From an uncultured delta proteobacterium (GTDB taxonomy: Bacteria; Myxococcota; Myxococcia; Myxococcales; Myxococcaceae), in assembly GCA_963771175.1 (NCBI GenBank), contig CAVYSY010000038.1, positions 96,001 through 160,000 on the forward strand: a DNA stretch of 64,000 nt, given 5' to 3'. A program made the translations under genes and the position numbers. Below, piece by piece: positions 50,199-64,000 of this stretch; position 1 is the first letter of the stretch; each line of letters begins with the position of its first letter. The notes beneath the pieces are model-generated. The model made no database searches, was not told where the DNA came from, and saw nothing but the letters and a program-made list of their open reading frames with translations.

Positions 50199-51551
50199 TC
50201 ACTGCCAGAGCCGCTTGTACCAGGGCTCCTGCTCCTTCTTGCCCCCGGCCTTCTTCGCCTTCCCTGGCGCATCGTCCCCCATCTTCTTCGTGATGGTGCC
50301 CAGGTCCCAGCCCGTGAGCTCCGCCAGCGTCTCCGCCTCGGTCTGATGACGCTTGTCCAATTCGGCGAGGTACTGCTTCCCGGCCTCGCACTGGAGCGGG
50401 CCCTTGAAGGCGTGGCGCAGCACGTAGCGCGCCTGGAAGTTCTGCCGGTCGTTCGTCGTCTGGAACACCAGATCCTCGGGGAAGTGCTCACCGTCGTAGC
50501 GCGCGTGCAGGCGCGTGAGCACCGTCTGAGAGCCACCGCCCATGCCGTTGGGGTCCTGCTCGTCCAGCCAGAACACACCGAGCCCCTTGAGCTCCTCGGG
50601 AGTGAGCGGATCCGCCGCGCACGGGTCGCACCAGCCCATGTCCCAGACGTACTCGGTGAAGATGGCGCGCTTCTCCTCCTTCTGGTGCGCCTTCTCGAAG
50701 AGCGCCGGGTAGAACTTGGAGAACTCCCCCTTCACGTACACGGGGATGTCCATGTCGCTGGGCACCTTCACCGTGCGGTAGTTGGAGGACTCCACCCGCC
50801 CGGTGCGCGTCAGGGCGTAGATGACCAGGTCCTGCGGCCCTCGCCCGTTGGCCATCCCCAGGCGGATGGGCAGCATGAACTTCTTCGACTCGTAGGCCAT
50901 CTGCAGCGGCCGCAGGTAGTTGAAGCCCGTGGCCTTCTGCTCCTTCAGGTTCACCTTGGCCACGAAGAACTTCATGTCCTGCTTGATGTACGGCTCCAGC
51001 GCCTTCGAGGCGCGCGGCGGAATCTTGTAGCCGCTCTCGCGCAGCCACGTCTCCAGCCCCGAAGACTCCTTCGCCGACAGGATGAGGATGTCGTACTCGC
51101 CGATGGTGTACTGCGCCTCCACCGTCACGCCCAGGCTCTTGCTCCGAGCCCTGTCCATCCCCGCCCCCGCGGGCGCGGCCGCCGTTGGCGCCATCTCCAT
51201 CATGGGCGGAGGAGGCGCACACGGGTCCTCGTCGAAGTACTCCACCAACCTCGGCGCGGAGTAGGCGTCCACCCGCTCGATGTACTTGCGCTCGCCCACG
51301 TGGATCTGCTCGCGCTTGAGCACCACGGGCACCGGCACCACCAGGGCGAATTCGGTGAGCTCTCCCTTGTAGTCGTTGGACATGGTGAGCACGGTGCGCT
51401 CGCCGTCGCGCACCATCACCACCTGAGAGGCCTCGTTGAAGAGGCTCGTATCGGCCTTGCCCACGTAGAAGCCACAGAAGGCCTCGGCGGCGGGCGCGGC
51501 GAGGGTGAGGAGGCCGGCGGTCAGGCCGGCTGCGAGGAGGCGGAGGCGCAT
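50199..51551 (-). CDS. DUF2330 domain secreted protein
   Basis: Signal then AFCGFYV; APRLVEYFD.DPC; CDPC; TRLHARY. Confidence 0.85.
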   Translation of the reverse strand: MRLRLLAAGLTAGLLTLAAPAAEAFCGFYVGKADTSLFNEASQVVMVRDGERTVLTMSNDYKGELTEFALVVPVPVVLKREQIHVGERKYIERVDAYSAPRLVEYFDEDPCAPPPPMMEMAPTAAAPAGAGMDRARSKSLGVTVEAQYTIGEYDILILSAKESSGLETWLRESGYKIPPRASKALEPYIKQDMKFFVAKVNLKEQKATGFNYLRPLQMAYESKKFMLPIRLGMANGRGPQDLVIYALTRTGRVESSNYRTVKVPSDMDIPVYVKGEFSKFYPALFEKAHQKEEKRAIFTEYVWDMGWCDPCAADPLTPEELKGLGVFWLDEQDPNGMGGGSQTVLTRLHARYDGEHFPEDLVFQTTNDRQNFQARYVLRHAFKGPLQCEAGKQYLAELDKRHQTEAETLAELTGWDLGTITKKMGDDAPGKAKKAGGKKEQEPWYKRLWQ

Positions 51552-52372
51552 GCGTTGTTCCTTTCCGGTGCCTTGCCTTCCGGCCAGTTGAAGCGGCTGG
51601 CGGGCAGGACACGGTCGATGAGGGGAGTGAGGGGAGAAGCCAGGCAGAGCGCCCAGATGAGCGCGTTCTGCCACCAGAGCCCGTGCAGGAAGAAGAAGGC
51701 CAGCCCGGCCACGAAGGCGGCGTAGAGGATGCGCCCCACGCGGTGGTCCGGCGTCGTCTTCGGATCCGAGATCATGAAGAAGGTGAAGAGGATGAGGCCG
51801 CCCGCGGAGAGCTGGTGCTGGAGGCTGGCCCAGGGAGCGCCCAGGTAGAAGATGCGGGCGGCCTTGAGCAGCACCCAGGTGCCCAGGAAGGCCAGGCTCA
51901 CGTCCGAGCGGAACGAGCGATGGGCCACCGCCAGACCGAAGGCCGCGAACCACCCCAGCAGCGCGGCGCTGTGCCCCCACTGGCTGGGCGAGCACCACGC
52001 GTGCGTGGTGAGCAGCATGGCCACCACCAGCCCCAGGTTGGTGGGGTTGAAGAGGTGCTTGCCGCGCACGCGCAGGACGAACTTGCCGGAGATGGCCACC
52101 GCGGCGGCGAAGGGCCCCACCCAGAAGGCGTCGGTGCGCAACAGCAGCGACAGCCCCAGCGAGGTGATGAGCGGCGAGAGGTACCCCACGGGCGGCGCTC
52201 GGAAGAGGCGCGTCATGGCCCACTGCGTCGCGCACGCGGTGAGGGCGATGAGCGGCGGCTGCCAGGGGGGAACATCGAACCCCAGTGCCAGGAGTCCCGC
52301 CACCAGGAAGGAGGCGAGGAAGGCAATCTGGAGGGAGCGCGGATCGCGGGGGAGCGCGGCGGCGAGCGACAT
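51521..52372 (-). CDS. RnfD/NqrB-like membrane protein
   Basis: GKHLFNPTN, FFMISDPKTTP. Confidence 0.75.
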   Translation of the reverse strand: MSLAAALPRDPRSLQIAFLASFLVAGLLALGFDVPPWQPPLIALTACATQWAMTRLFRAPPVGYLSPLITSLGLSLLLRTDAFWVGPFAAAVAISGKFVLRVRGKHLFNPTNLGLVVAMLLTTHAWCSPSQWGHSAALLGWFAAFGLAVAHRSFRSDVSLAFLGTWVLLKAARIFYLGAPWASLQHQLSAGGLILFTFFMISDPKTTPDHRVGRILYAAFVAGLAFFFLHGLWWQNALIWALCLASPLTPLIDRVLPASRFNWPEGKAPERNNACASASSQPA

Positions 52373-52510
52373 GCCTCCCATCAACGCCCGAACTCGCGAA
52401 AAGTTCTACCGCTCGGCCCGAGCATCCGCCCAGGAGACGACGGACGCGCCCGGTAACGCCCCTTGGCGCCCTCGCCACCGCTATCTTCCGCGCCTCCGAG
52501 GTGATGACCC

Positions 52511-53122
52511 ATGCAGACCAAGGCCGCTCCCCCCATCACGCACCTTCAAGGCCGGCGCACCCTCCCCCTCATCGAGGCGTATTTCGAGCTCAACCACCTC
52601 AAGCAGCTCTACCGGCAGGGATGGCTGCGCGTCGGCCTCTCCAAGGAGAAGTGCGAGAGCGTCGCCGAGCACTCGTTCGGCGTCGCGCTGCTGTGCCTGT
52701 TCCTCGCCGACAGCTACTTCCCCGAGGCGGACGCCTCCAAGGTGGTCCGCATCGCGCTCCTGCACGACCTGGGCGAGGCCTACGTCGGAGACATCACGCC
52801 CCATGACAAGGTGAGCCGAGAGGAGAAGCTCCAGGCCGAGCAGCAGGCAGTGGAGCGCATCCTCGCCAAGCTACCGCGTGGTGCCGAGTACGTCGCACTG
52901 TGGGAGGAGTACGAGCATGGCACCTCCTTCGAGGCCCGGCTGGTGCGTCAGGTGGATCGACTGGAGATGGGACTGCAGGCCACCATCTACGAGCACCAGG
53001 ACGCGGGCGACCTCTCGCAGTTCTTCACCTCGGTCCACAAGGCACTGGAGACGCCCGAGTTGAAGGCGGTACTCGCCGAGCTCGAGAAGCTGCGGCCCGG
53101 CACGCCGGCCCCCGGGGCCTGA
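52511..53122 (+). CDS. HD domain phosphohydrolase (HDDC2/YfbR-like)
   Basis: RQGW, ESVAEHS, LLHDLGEAYVGDITP, DRLE. Confidence 0.9.
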   Translation: MQTKAAPPITHLQGRRTLPLIEAYFELNHLKQLYRQGWLRVGLSKEKCESVAEHSFGVALLCLFLADSYFPEADASKVVRIALLHDLGEAYVGDITPHDKVSREEKLQAEQQAVERILAKLPRGAEYVALWEEYEHGTSFEARLVRQVDRLEMGLQATIYEHQDAGDLSQFFTSVHKALETPELKAVLAELEKLRPGTPAPGA

Positions 53123-53261
53123 GTCACGCGCGTTTCACGGATGTCAGCAGGGAGAGCGAAGGAGCGCGGGTCATCGGGGGCAGGTGGGGTCGGCCCGCGT
53201 AATGGATTTCGGGGCGGACGCCCTCATCGGAGGGAGCCTCGTCCCAGGCTATCCTGGGGGC

Positions 53262-55064
53262 ATGCAGGTGGGCGCGGGCAGAGATGAGGCCGCGGCGATT
53301 CCGGTCGCCGCCGAAGCGGTGACACCACGGGCTGAAGCCCCCCCCATGGCACTCACCGTGCGCGCACTCGGGCTCGGCAGCCTCATCGGCGCGCTGATGT
53401 GCCTGTCCAACCTCTACGTGGGATTGAAGACGGGCCTCGCCTTCCCCGCGGCCCTCATCGCCTGCGTCGTCGGGCTCGGCCTGCAGGGAGCGCTCCTGCG
53501 GCTCAGCCCCTCGCGCTTCGGCCCCGCGCTCAGTCTCCAGGAGACGAGCGCCATGCAGTCCACCGCCTCCTCCGCGGGCTACTCCACCGGGGGAACCATC
53601 ATCTCCGCCAGCGTGGGCTACCTGCTGCTCGCCGGCCACCATCCCCCCGCCTGGGCGCTTCTCCTGTGGACGTTCCTCGGCTCGGCGCTCGGCGTCGTCC
53701 TCGCCCTGCCCCTGCAACGTGCCTTCATCCGCCGCGAGCCCCTTCCCTTTCCCACCGGAATCGCCGCGGCCGCGGCCGCTCGGGCGCTCCACTCGGGAGA
53801 CGCGGCGGGGAAGCGTGGGGCGCGAGCGCTCGGACTCGGGGCGTTCGGGGCAGGACTCCTGGCGTTCGCGCGTGATGGCCTCCAGCTCCTTCCCGCCACG
53901 CTCGCGCTCCCAGGAGCCCTGCTCGGCGTGCCCCTGACGAGCCTGTCCTTCGGCATCGACCTGGCCCTGGTGCCGCTGGGCACCGGGATGCTCGTGGGCC
54001 CTCGCATCGGGGCCTCGCTCCTGCTCGGCGCGCTCGTGTGCTTCGGAGGGCTCGCCCCCTGGCTGCACGGGCGCGGGCTCCTCGCGCGGACGGACTTCTT
54101 CGGCGTGCTCGAGTGGAGCATGTGGCCGGGGGCCGCGCTGGTGACGAGCGCCTCCTTCACCCACCTCGCGCTCCAGCGGGGACTGCTGCGCCGCACCCTG
54201 GGGGCGCTCCTCGGCGCGGGCCCGTCCGGGGATGAAGTGCCCGACGCGGCGGATGTTCCGCGCTCGTGGTTCCTCGCCGGGACGGCTCTGCTCACCCTGG
54301 GGCTCGTGGCGGTGGGCGCGGTGGCCTTCGACATCCCCGCTTCGCTCGGGCTGCTGGGGGTGGTGCTCTCCTTCGCGCTCGCCGCCGTCGCGTGCCGGGC
54401 GACGGGCGAGACGGACATCACTCCCTCCGGACCCATGGGGCAGGTGGCCCAGCTCGCCTTCGGCGTGCTCCTGCCGGGCAACACCCTGGCCAACACCCTG
54501 GCCGCCAGCCTCTCCGGCAACATCGCCTCCTCCAGCGCGGACCTGCTCACCGATGTGAAGGCCGGGCACCTCCTTGGAGTCGCGCCCCGGCAGACCTTCC
54601 TGGCGCAGCTCTGGGGTTGTGTCGTCGGCTCGGCCCTCATCGTCCCCGTCTTCTTCCTGCTCGTTCCGGATACCTCGGCCATCTCCGAGGAGCGCTTCCC
54701 CGCGCCGGGCGGGATGTTCGTGGCCGGAGTGGCGCGCGTGCTGGCCACGGGTCTCGGGAGCCTGTCGGAGGCGGCGCGCTGGGGAGCCCTCGCCGGAGGT
54801 CTCGTGGGGGTGGCGCTCGTCCTCCTGGAGCGCTCCGCGCCCGAGCCGGTGCGGCGCTTCCTCCCCTCCCCCATCGCCCTGGGGCTCGCCTTCGTGCTGC
54901 CGGCGTCGGCCTCGCTGTCCATCTTCCTGGGCGCGGTAGCCGCGGCGCTCCTCGCGAGGGTACGGCCCGCGTATGCCCTCGCCGCCACTGTGCCGCTGGC
55001 CTCGGGGCTCATCGCCGGGGAGAGCCTGGTGAGTCTGGCCGTCCTGCTGCTCGCGCCGTCCTGA
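53262..55064 (+). CDS. OPT family oligopeptide transporter
   Basis: LTVRA, SNLYVGLKTG, LPFPTG, GETD.TP, DVKAGHL, SGLIAGES; start uncertain (53262/53346). Confidence 0.88.
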   Translation: MQVGAGRDEAAAIPVAAEAVTPRAEAPPMALTVRALGLGSLIGALMCLSNLYVGLKTGLAFPAALIACVVGLGLQGALLRLSPSRFGPALSLQETSAMQSTASSAGYSTGGTIISASVGYLLLAGHHPPAWALLLWTFLGSALGVVLALPLQRAFIRREPLPFPTGIAAAAAARALHSGDAAGKRGARALGLGAFGAGLLAFARDGLQLLPATLALPGALLGVPLTSLSFGIDLALVPLGTGMLVGPRIGASLLLGALVCFGGLAPWLHGRGLLARTDFFGVLEWSMWPGAALVTSASFTHLALQRGLLRRTLGALLGAGPSGDEVPDAADVPRSWFLAGTALLTLGLVAVGAVAFDIPASLGLLGVVLSFALAAVACRATGETDITPSGPMGQVAQLAFGVLLPGNTLANTLAASLSGNIASSSADLLTDVKAGHLLGVAPRQTFLAQLWGCVVGSALIVPVFFLLVPDTSAISEERFPAPGGMFVAGVARVLATGLGSLSEAARWGALAGGLVGVALVLLERSAPEPVRRFLPSPIALGLAFVLPASASLSIFLGAVAAALLARVRPAYALAATVPLASGLIAGESLVSLAVLLLAPS

Positions 55065-55218
55065 ATCGGTGACAGGGGCCCGCGCCACCAGCGGCCGAGC
55101 CTCCGAGCACTCCGTTGGCGGGCACCTGCTCGCGTCACCTCCGCTGCCAGGAGAGCAAGCCGCCAGCGCCCCGGGATGAGGCGCGCCGTGACTAGCTTTG
55201 GAAGCCAGGAGGTGTGCC

Positions 55219-56320
55219 ATGGAACGTTCGACCCGACGCATCCTCGCCGGGGCGGGAGTGGGGATTCCGCTCGTGGCGCTGGGTGCGCGGCTGTGGTCCA
55301 GCCCGGGCTCCACGCCGCCCATCCAGGATGAGCGGGGCGAGCCCCTGTCCGAGGGCATCGCCTCGCTGGAGCAGGTCCGGCTCGGGGGCGTGGACCAGTG
55401 GCTGCTGTTGCGCGGGCGGAGCGTCCACAACCCGCTGCTGCTCTACCTGTCCGGAGGCCCGGGCGGGCTCCGAGCTGGCCTGGGTGCGTCACTTCAACGC
55501 CCCGCTGGAGGACCACTTCCTCGTCGTGCAGTGGGACCAGCGCGGCGCCACCAAGTCCTACGCCGCCGTGAAGGACCGCGACGAGCTCACGCTGGACCAG
55601 TACATCTTCGACGCGAGCGATCTGCTCGAGCTGCTGACCACCCGCTTCGACCAGCAGAAGGTGTTCGTCGTCGGTCACTCGTGGGGAAGCGTCCTCGGGG
55701 TGCTGCTGGCCCAGCGCCGTCCCGAGCGCATCCACGCCTATGTCGGCCTCGGCCAGCAGGTGAACTTCCTGGAGAACGACACCGTCAGCCACCTGCGCGC
55801 GTACGAACTCGCGGCAAGGTACAGGGACGGCAAGGCGCTCGAGCAACTGGAGCGCCTCGGCCCGCCGCCCTACACGGGCCCGGACATGATGCAGCGGTAC
55901 ATGACGCTGGTATCGCTCGCGAACCGCCACGCCGGCCGCCGGAGGGTGGTGCCCGAGATGCTCTCCTCGGTGCTCAAGGCCCCCGAGTACTCGCTGCGCG
56001 ACAAGGTCCACATGTTCCTCGGGCCGCGTGACACCTTCCCGCTCGTGTACCCCCAGCTCGCCGGCATCAACCTGGAGGCGCAGGTGCCCCGACTGGAGGT
56101 GCCCGTCTGGTTCATGCTCGGGCGCGAGGACTTCGTCACGCCCTCGGAGATCGCCGCGCGCTACTTCGACAGGCTGGAGGCACCGCGCAAGACGCTCGTG
56201 TGGTTCGAGCACTCCGGGCACTCGCCCCAGTTCGAGGAGCCGGGGAAGTTCAACAGCGTGCTCACCGAGCAGGTGCGCGCCGTGGCCTCCGAGACGCGGC
56301 CCGAGGCCGTACTCCACTGA
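55219..56320 (+). CDS. Alpha/beta hydrolase (proline iminopeptidase-like); frameshift near 55462
   Basis: GGPG, WDQRG, GHSWG, D..TP, SGHSP. Confidence 0.85.
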
Positions 56321-56332
56321 CGCACTGTCCCG

Positions 56333-57019
56333 CTACGCCCGCCTGGCCGAACGGCGCACCTCGTTCACCAGGCGGTGCGCGTGCCGGGTCGTCTCGGGCT
56401 CGCGGTAGCGGGTCGTCACCCGCAGCACCAGCTCGACCGCCGTGGGCAGGTCCATCAGGTGCCCCGGCGACACGTAGACCGGCTGCACCCCCCTGCGCGT
56501 GCGCACCGCCATGCCCACCACCTCGCCCTGGTGGAGGAGCTCCGCCGTCGAGCCCCGTTCCTCGCCCAGCGGCCCGTGCTTGCCCACCAGCAGCGACTTG
56601 GCGCACCCGATGGAGGGCACGCCGAACAGCAGCCCGCCGTGACACGCCAGCCCCAGGCGCCGGGGGTGCGCCGTTCCCTGCCCGTCGAAGATGAGCACGT
56701 CCGGCCTCACCTCCAGCCGCTTCCACGCCTCCGCCAGCACCGGCAGCTCGCGGAAGGACAGGAGCCCCGGCACGTAGGGGAAGCCCAGGCGCACCGCGGC
56801 GCTCGCCTTCGCCACCGGCTCCAGCGTCCCCGCGTCCAGCACCACGAAGCCGCCATACGCGGTGTCCTCTCCGCGCATGGTGGAGATGTCCGCTCCCGCC
56901 ACGCGCTCCACCTTCAGCCCGCTCGGCGGATGCAACACCAACCGCTCCCGCAGCTCGCGCTGCAGCGCCACCGCCTCGCTCGGCGTCACATCCCATCCAT
57001 GCAGAGGATTCAGCTTCAT
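56333..57019 (-). CDS. nfi: Endonuclease V
   Basis: AGADIS, FPYVPGLLSFRE, DGQGTAHPRR, PVYVSPGH, PETTR.AH. Confidence 0.95.
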   Translation of the reverse strand: MKLNPLHGWDVTPSEAVALQRELRERLVLHPPSGLKVERVAGADISTMRGEDTAYGGFVVLDAGTLEPVAKASAAVRLGFPYVPGLLSFRELPVLAEAWKRLEVRPDVLIFDGQGTAHPRRLGLACHGGLLFGVPSIGCAKSLLVGKHGPLGEERGSTAELLHQGEVVGMAVRTRRGVQPVYVSPGHLMDLPTAVELVLRVTTRYREPETTRHAHRLVNEVRRSARRA

Positions 57020-57090
57020 CCGCCCTCCAAGGCCCGCGCGACCCTCCTTCTGGAGTCCGCCGCGCCATCCTACCTTGGAGATCAGGTCCC

Positions 57091-57657
57091 TTACACCTCG
57101 ATGAACCGGGTGCCGGTGATGCCCTCCGCCTCCATGGCCTGCTTGAGGTCCTCGGAGACGATGAGCGCCACCGGCCAGCCCCAGGGGCGGAAGATACGAG
57201 CGTCCCCCACCTTCGTGGGGTCGATGCGCATGCCCGCGACGACCCGGTACTCGCCCACCTTGTCCGGTTGCCCGTTCTCGGGCTTCCAGTACCGCACCTC
57301 TTCACAACGAGCGTCGTCGATGCAGCGGATGACGCGGAGGGTATTGAGGATGAAATAGGGCCCGCTGTGGCCCTCCACCTGGGCAGGAAGGAACTGAACC
57401 TCCTGGACGCCCATGCGTTCGAAAAGATGGACGACACGGCCATGCACGACCACGAGCGCCCAGGTCCGCGAGGCTGAAGTCGAGTTCACACCCGGGAAGA
57501 GGACACGGGAAGACAGGAGCTTCGATTGCACTTCAAGAACGCGGCTCTCGGTGAATTGCCAGGGGTCCACCTCCTCGCCATGCTCGTCGACGGGACTCTG
57601 CAGCACCCAACGTCCAGGGATGCGCATGTCGCTGTAAAGCTCGAAATAGCCAGTCAT
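57091..57657 (-). CDS. Orphan Imm11 immunity protein (short internal frameshifted stretch)
   Basis: Paralogue of the Imm11 genes at 2.5 and 4.5 kb; no adjacent toxin. Confidence 0.75.
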   Translation of the reverse strand: MTGYFELYSDMRIPGRWVLQSPVDEHGEEVDPWQFTESRVLEVQSKLLSSRVLFPGVNSTSASRTWALVVVHGRVVHLFERMGVQEVQFLPAQVEGHSGPYFILNTLRVIRCIDDARCEEVRYWKPENGQPDKVGEYRVVAGMRIDPTKVGDARIFRPWGWPVALIVSEDLKQAMEAEGITGTRFIEV

Positions 57658-57847
57658 TGCCCGCGCTCTTGATTCAATCTCAAGACTCAAAGAACCATGC
57701 CCAGACGCAGCCACCAGAAGGCCTTCTTCATGTCCTGGCGAGCATGCATGGCGGCCCGCTGCCACACCAGTGACCCGGGAGAGGTAGACTCCAACGGTCC
57801 CGGTCGCCGCGGCCCCCCCACCGCGCCCGGACCAGCAGGAGGAAGCC

Positions 57848-60221
<2,374 letters not shown>

Positions 60222-60230
<9 letters not shown>

Positions 60231-60972
60231 TCCAGCACCCGCACCACCACGCCCGTGATGTTGTCGGTGCCTCCACGGTTGTAGGCCTCGGCGACGAGTC
60301 GCTCGGCCATCTCCTGGGCCGAGCCCCCCTGCGCCAACAACGGGACCATCCGCTCCGGAGGCACCGGCTCGTACAGGCCATCGCTGCAGAGCACCAGCAC
60401 ATCACCCGGCTGCATGGGGACGCGCTGACAGTCCGGGTCCACGCTGGCATCCATGCCCACGGCGCCCGTGAGCGAGTTGCGGTGCATCGCGGCGAAGGGG
60501 TTGTTCGTATCGAACCCCGCCTCCTCCATCTCCGCGAGCACGGTGTGATCCCTCGTGAGCCGCCGCAGCTCGCCGCCCCTCACCAGGAAGGTGCGGCTGT
60601 CTCCGAGATTGCACACGATGGCGTCCCCGTCGCACAGCAGGACCGAGGTGATCGTCGAGGCCATCATCGAGAGCTTGCCGCTCTGCTGGGAGCGCACCGC
60701 TTCGTGGGCCTGACGCACGGCCTGGACGATGAGACTCTCGCCCCCACCGCCCAGCCTCCCGGAGCAGGCCCGGCTGGCCGCTGGCCCACCTGGGAGGTCA
60801 GGAAGTCAGCCACCGTGCACAAGACGAGCTGACTGGCCACCTCTCCGCCTTCATGTCCGCCCAGGCCATCCGCAACCGCGAAGAGGCCCAGTTCGGGCTT
60901 CTGGCAGAAGGAGTCCTCGTTGTTTGGCCGGCGGCCTACGTGCGTGGCCGCTCCGCTGTCGGTTCGAGACAT
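60222..60972 (-). CDS. PP2C-type Ser/Thr phosphatase (frameshifted; end approximate)
   Basis: GRRPNNED, AVADGLGGH, GDSR, LCSDGL, GGTDNIT. Confidence 0.85.
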
Positions 60973-61118
60973 GTCGGTCCCGGGAGGTGTCGAAGCAAAG
61001 ATGCTCATCCCGCGCGCGAGTCTCGACCTGAGCGACTACCTGGCCAAGGAGATAACGCCTCCCTGGCCCTCCGCTTCCCAGGCACAGGAGTTTCTCAGTG
61101 CCCGGGAAACCCACGCCT

Positions 61119-62834
61119 TCACGGCGCCGGCGCGACCGTGGGCTTGGGCTCGGGCTTCTGCGCCGGCTTCACCTCGGGCTTCGGCTCCGGCTTCGCCACG
61201 GGCTTCGGCTCGTGCCGGCATGACGAGGCGCGGACCGGCGTCCTTCGACGATGTGCCGGTACCAGGAGTCCGGATACTTGCGGGTGGTTCACCTTGCCCT
61301 TCTCGTCCCGGACGTTGCCGTCGATGTACTTCACGAGCAGCTGCTCGCCCAGCTGGCGCCAGCGGGTGTGCACCTTGTCGCCCTGCTTCTCCGAGTACTC
61401 GGTGAGGTAGTCGCGCGCCTGCTCCGGCGTGCTCTTGTACAGCTCCAGCGCGGCCTTCTCGATGTCCGCCTGGTCCGCGAGGAACTGCCCCTCCAGCTCG
61501 CCCTGCACCTTCTGGACGTCGACGATCATGTCGCTCTAGCGCGAGTAGGCCTAGTTGGCGACCCAGTTGAACACCCAGAAGGCCGAGTCCCAGGAGAACT
61601 CGCCGCGGCTGGCCACGCCCGTGCGCGAGGTTCTTCGGCGCCTGGCGGATGCCCGCGTACATCGGCATGTAGACGGTGGTGTAGGTGTCGTCGACGCCGA
61701 ACCAGAGCACGCCGCCGATGGGGCGCCGGCAGCCAGGCGCGCATCTGCGCCACGAAGGAGAAGCCGGTCTGCTGCGTGGAGATGGCGCGCTCGTGGACGT
61801 ACTTCTTGCCGTCCACCTTCCACGTCATCGGGCGCCAGCGGTAGGGCACGGCGTACGGCCCGGCGCCCACGTCCTTCGTCATGTCGAGCGGGGTGCCCTC
61901 GAAGTGGTCGCGCATCAGCGCCATCACGTCCTGCACGGCGAGCTTCTTGTCCGGCTTGACCCACAGCGGCAGGCGCTTGTTGGGCGCCGAGCCATCCACG
62001 TACTCCGCGCCCAGCTGCCAGCGACGGCGCCGCGCGGCGGAAGATGCTCCACACGCGCGCCTCGCAGAAGCGCGCGCCCTCGAAGTCGAGCGGGTCGTAG
62101 GTGTCGGCGAAGCTGAAGTCCTCGTCCGCGCCCGGTGAACCAGCCCTTCTCGCGCGCGAAGGAGATGACGTCCTTGCGAGTAGAGCGCGTTCTCCGGGTC
62201 GTTGAGCGGGAACTGGCGGATGCGCGACTGGTTGGCGTGCGCCGAGATGTACCCGTCGGGCACCCGGCGGGCCACCCACACCGCGCCCTTCTGCCCCTCG
62301 CCCTTGCCGATCATCTCCAGAATCCACACCTCCTTGGGGTCGGCGATGGAGAAGGACTCGCCGGTGGAGGCGTAGCCGTACTCGGCCACCAGGTCGGTCA
62401 TCACCTGGATGGCCTCGCGGGCCGTCTTCGCGCGCTCCAGGGCGATGTACATGAGCGAGCCGTAGTCGACGATGCCGGCCGGGCCCTCCAGCTCCTTGCG
62501 GCCGCGTGAAGGTGGTCTCGCCGATGGCGACCTGGTGCTCGTTCATGTTGCCCACCACCGAGTAGGTGACGGGGGCCTCCTTGATGCGGCCGAGGAACTT
62601 GCCCGTGTCCCACTCGAAGATGTCGCGCTGGGCCCCGGCCGCGTGGCGGCGCGCGGGGGTGTAGTACAGCTCGCCGTACAGCTCGTGCGAGTCGGCGGCG
62701 TAGGTGATGAGGGTCGAGCCGTCGGCCGAGGCGCCCTTGGTGACCAGCATGCTGGTGCAGGCGAGCGCGGCGGGGGCGACCAGCCCCGCCGAGACGGCCA
62801 GGGCCGGGAGGAACTTCGAGAAGGGTCGGATCAT
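61119..62834 (-). CDS. Peptidase C69 family dipeptidase (frameshifts and two TAGs)
   Basis: Signal then ACTSMLV N-terminal nucleophile; MNEHQVAIGETT, GESFSIAD..E.W, HANQSRI, ERAIS. Confidence 0.85.
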
Positions 62835-62949
62835 GGCGGCGGATGCTACCAGGGCGACCGTCAATGCCACCTTTCTGAACACGCCATGCATCCCACCCCA
62901 CCGGGCAGGGGGCCGAGCGGAGGGTGGCCAGAACCCGACCACGGCCTAG

Positions 62950-64000
<1,051 letters not shown>

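Noticed and set aside
61536..61553. Two in-frame TAG codons in the dipeptidase suggesting amber recoding
   Set aside because: They sit where different residues (probably Gln CAG and Trp TGG) are expected, in a noisy region, and TAG is a normal stop elsewhere in the window

Overview
High-GC chromosomal window whose gene content and protein families point to a myxobacterium (Myxococcales/Archangiaceae-like; inference). Contents in order: a fatty-acid hydroxylase; a single-chain PheRS-like ligase preceded by an unannotated leader peptide and structured leader; two tandem lipoprotein AHH-nuclease toxin/Imm11 immunity pairs; a URC-type uracil catabolism operon (aldehyde dehydrogenase, URC1, URC4, upp); a CHASE hybrid kinase; a eukaryote-like MFE-2/SCPx beta-oxidation pair; TetR/Rieske oxygenase; HTH-citrate synthase; ychF; the Fo ATP synthase genes; several secreted orphan proteins (permuted papain-like enzyme, a 10-aa tandem-repeat protein, a JAB-motif lipoprotein pair); ECF sigma/ChrR; a sulfonate-type ABC importer whose ATPase is fused to a eukaryote-type cysteine dioxygenase domain; an MCP fused to a peptide-binding domain; DUF2330/RnfD-like pair; OPT transporter; nfi; FdhF/YdeP; PP2C; a C69 dipeptidase; and the 5' part of ligA. 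Many genes, including essential atpB, carry single-base frameshifts (dense at 27-29 kb, 49-50 kb and 55-63 kb). These most likely reflect long-read consensus errors, not real pseudogenes. No rRNA, tRNA, CRISPR array or transposase was seen. The best novelty candidates are the CDO-ABC ATPase fusion and the leader-controlled PheS-like ligase.
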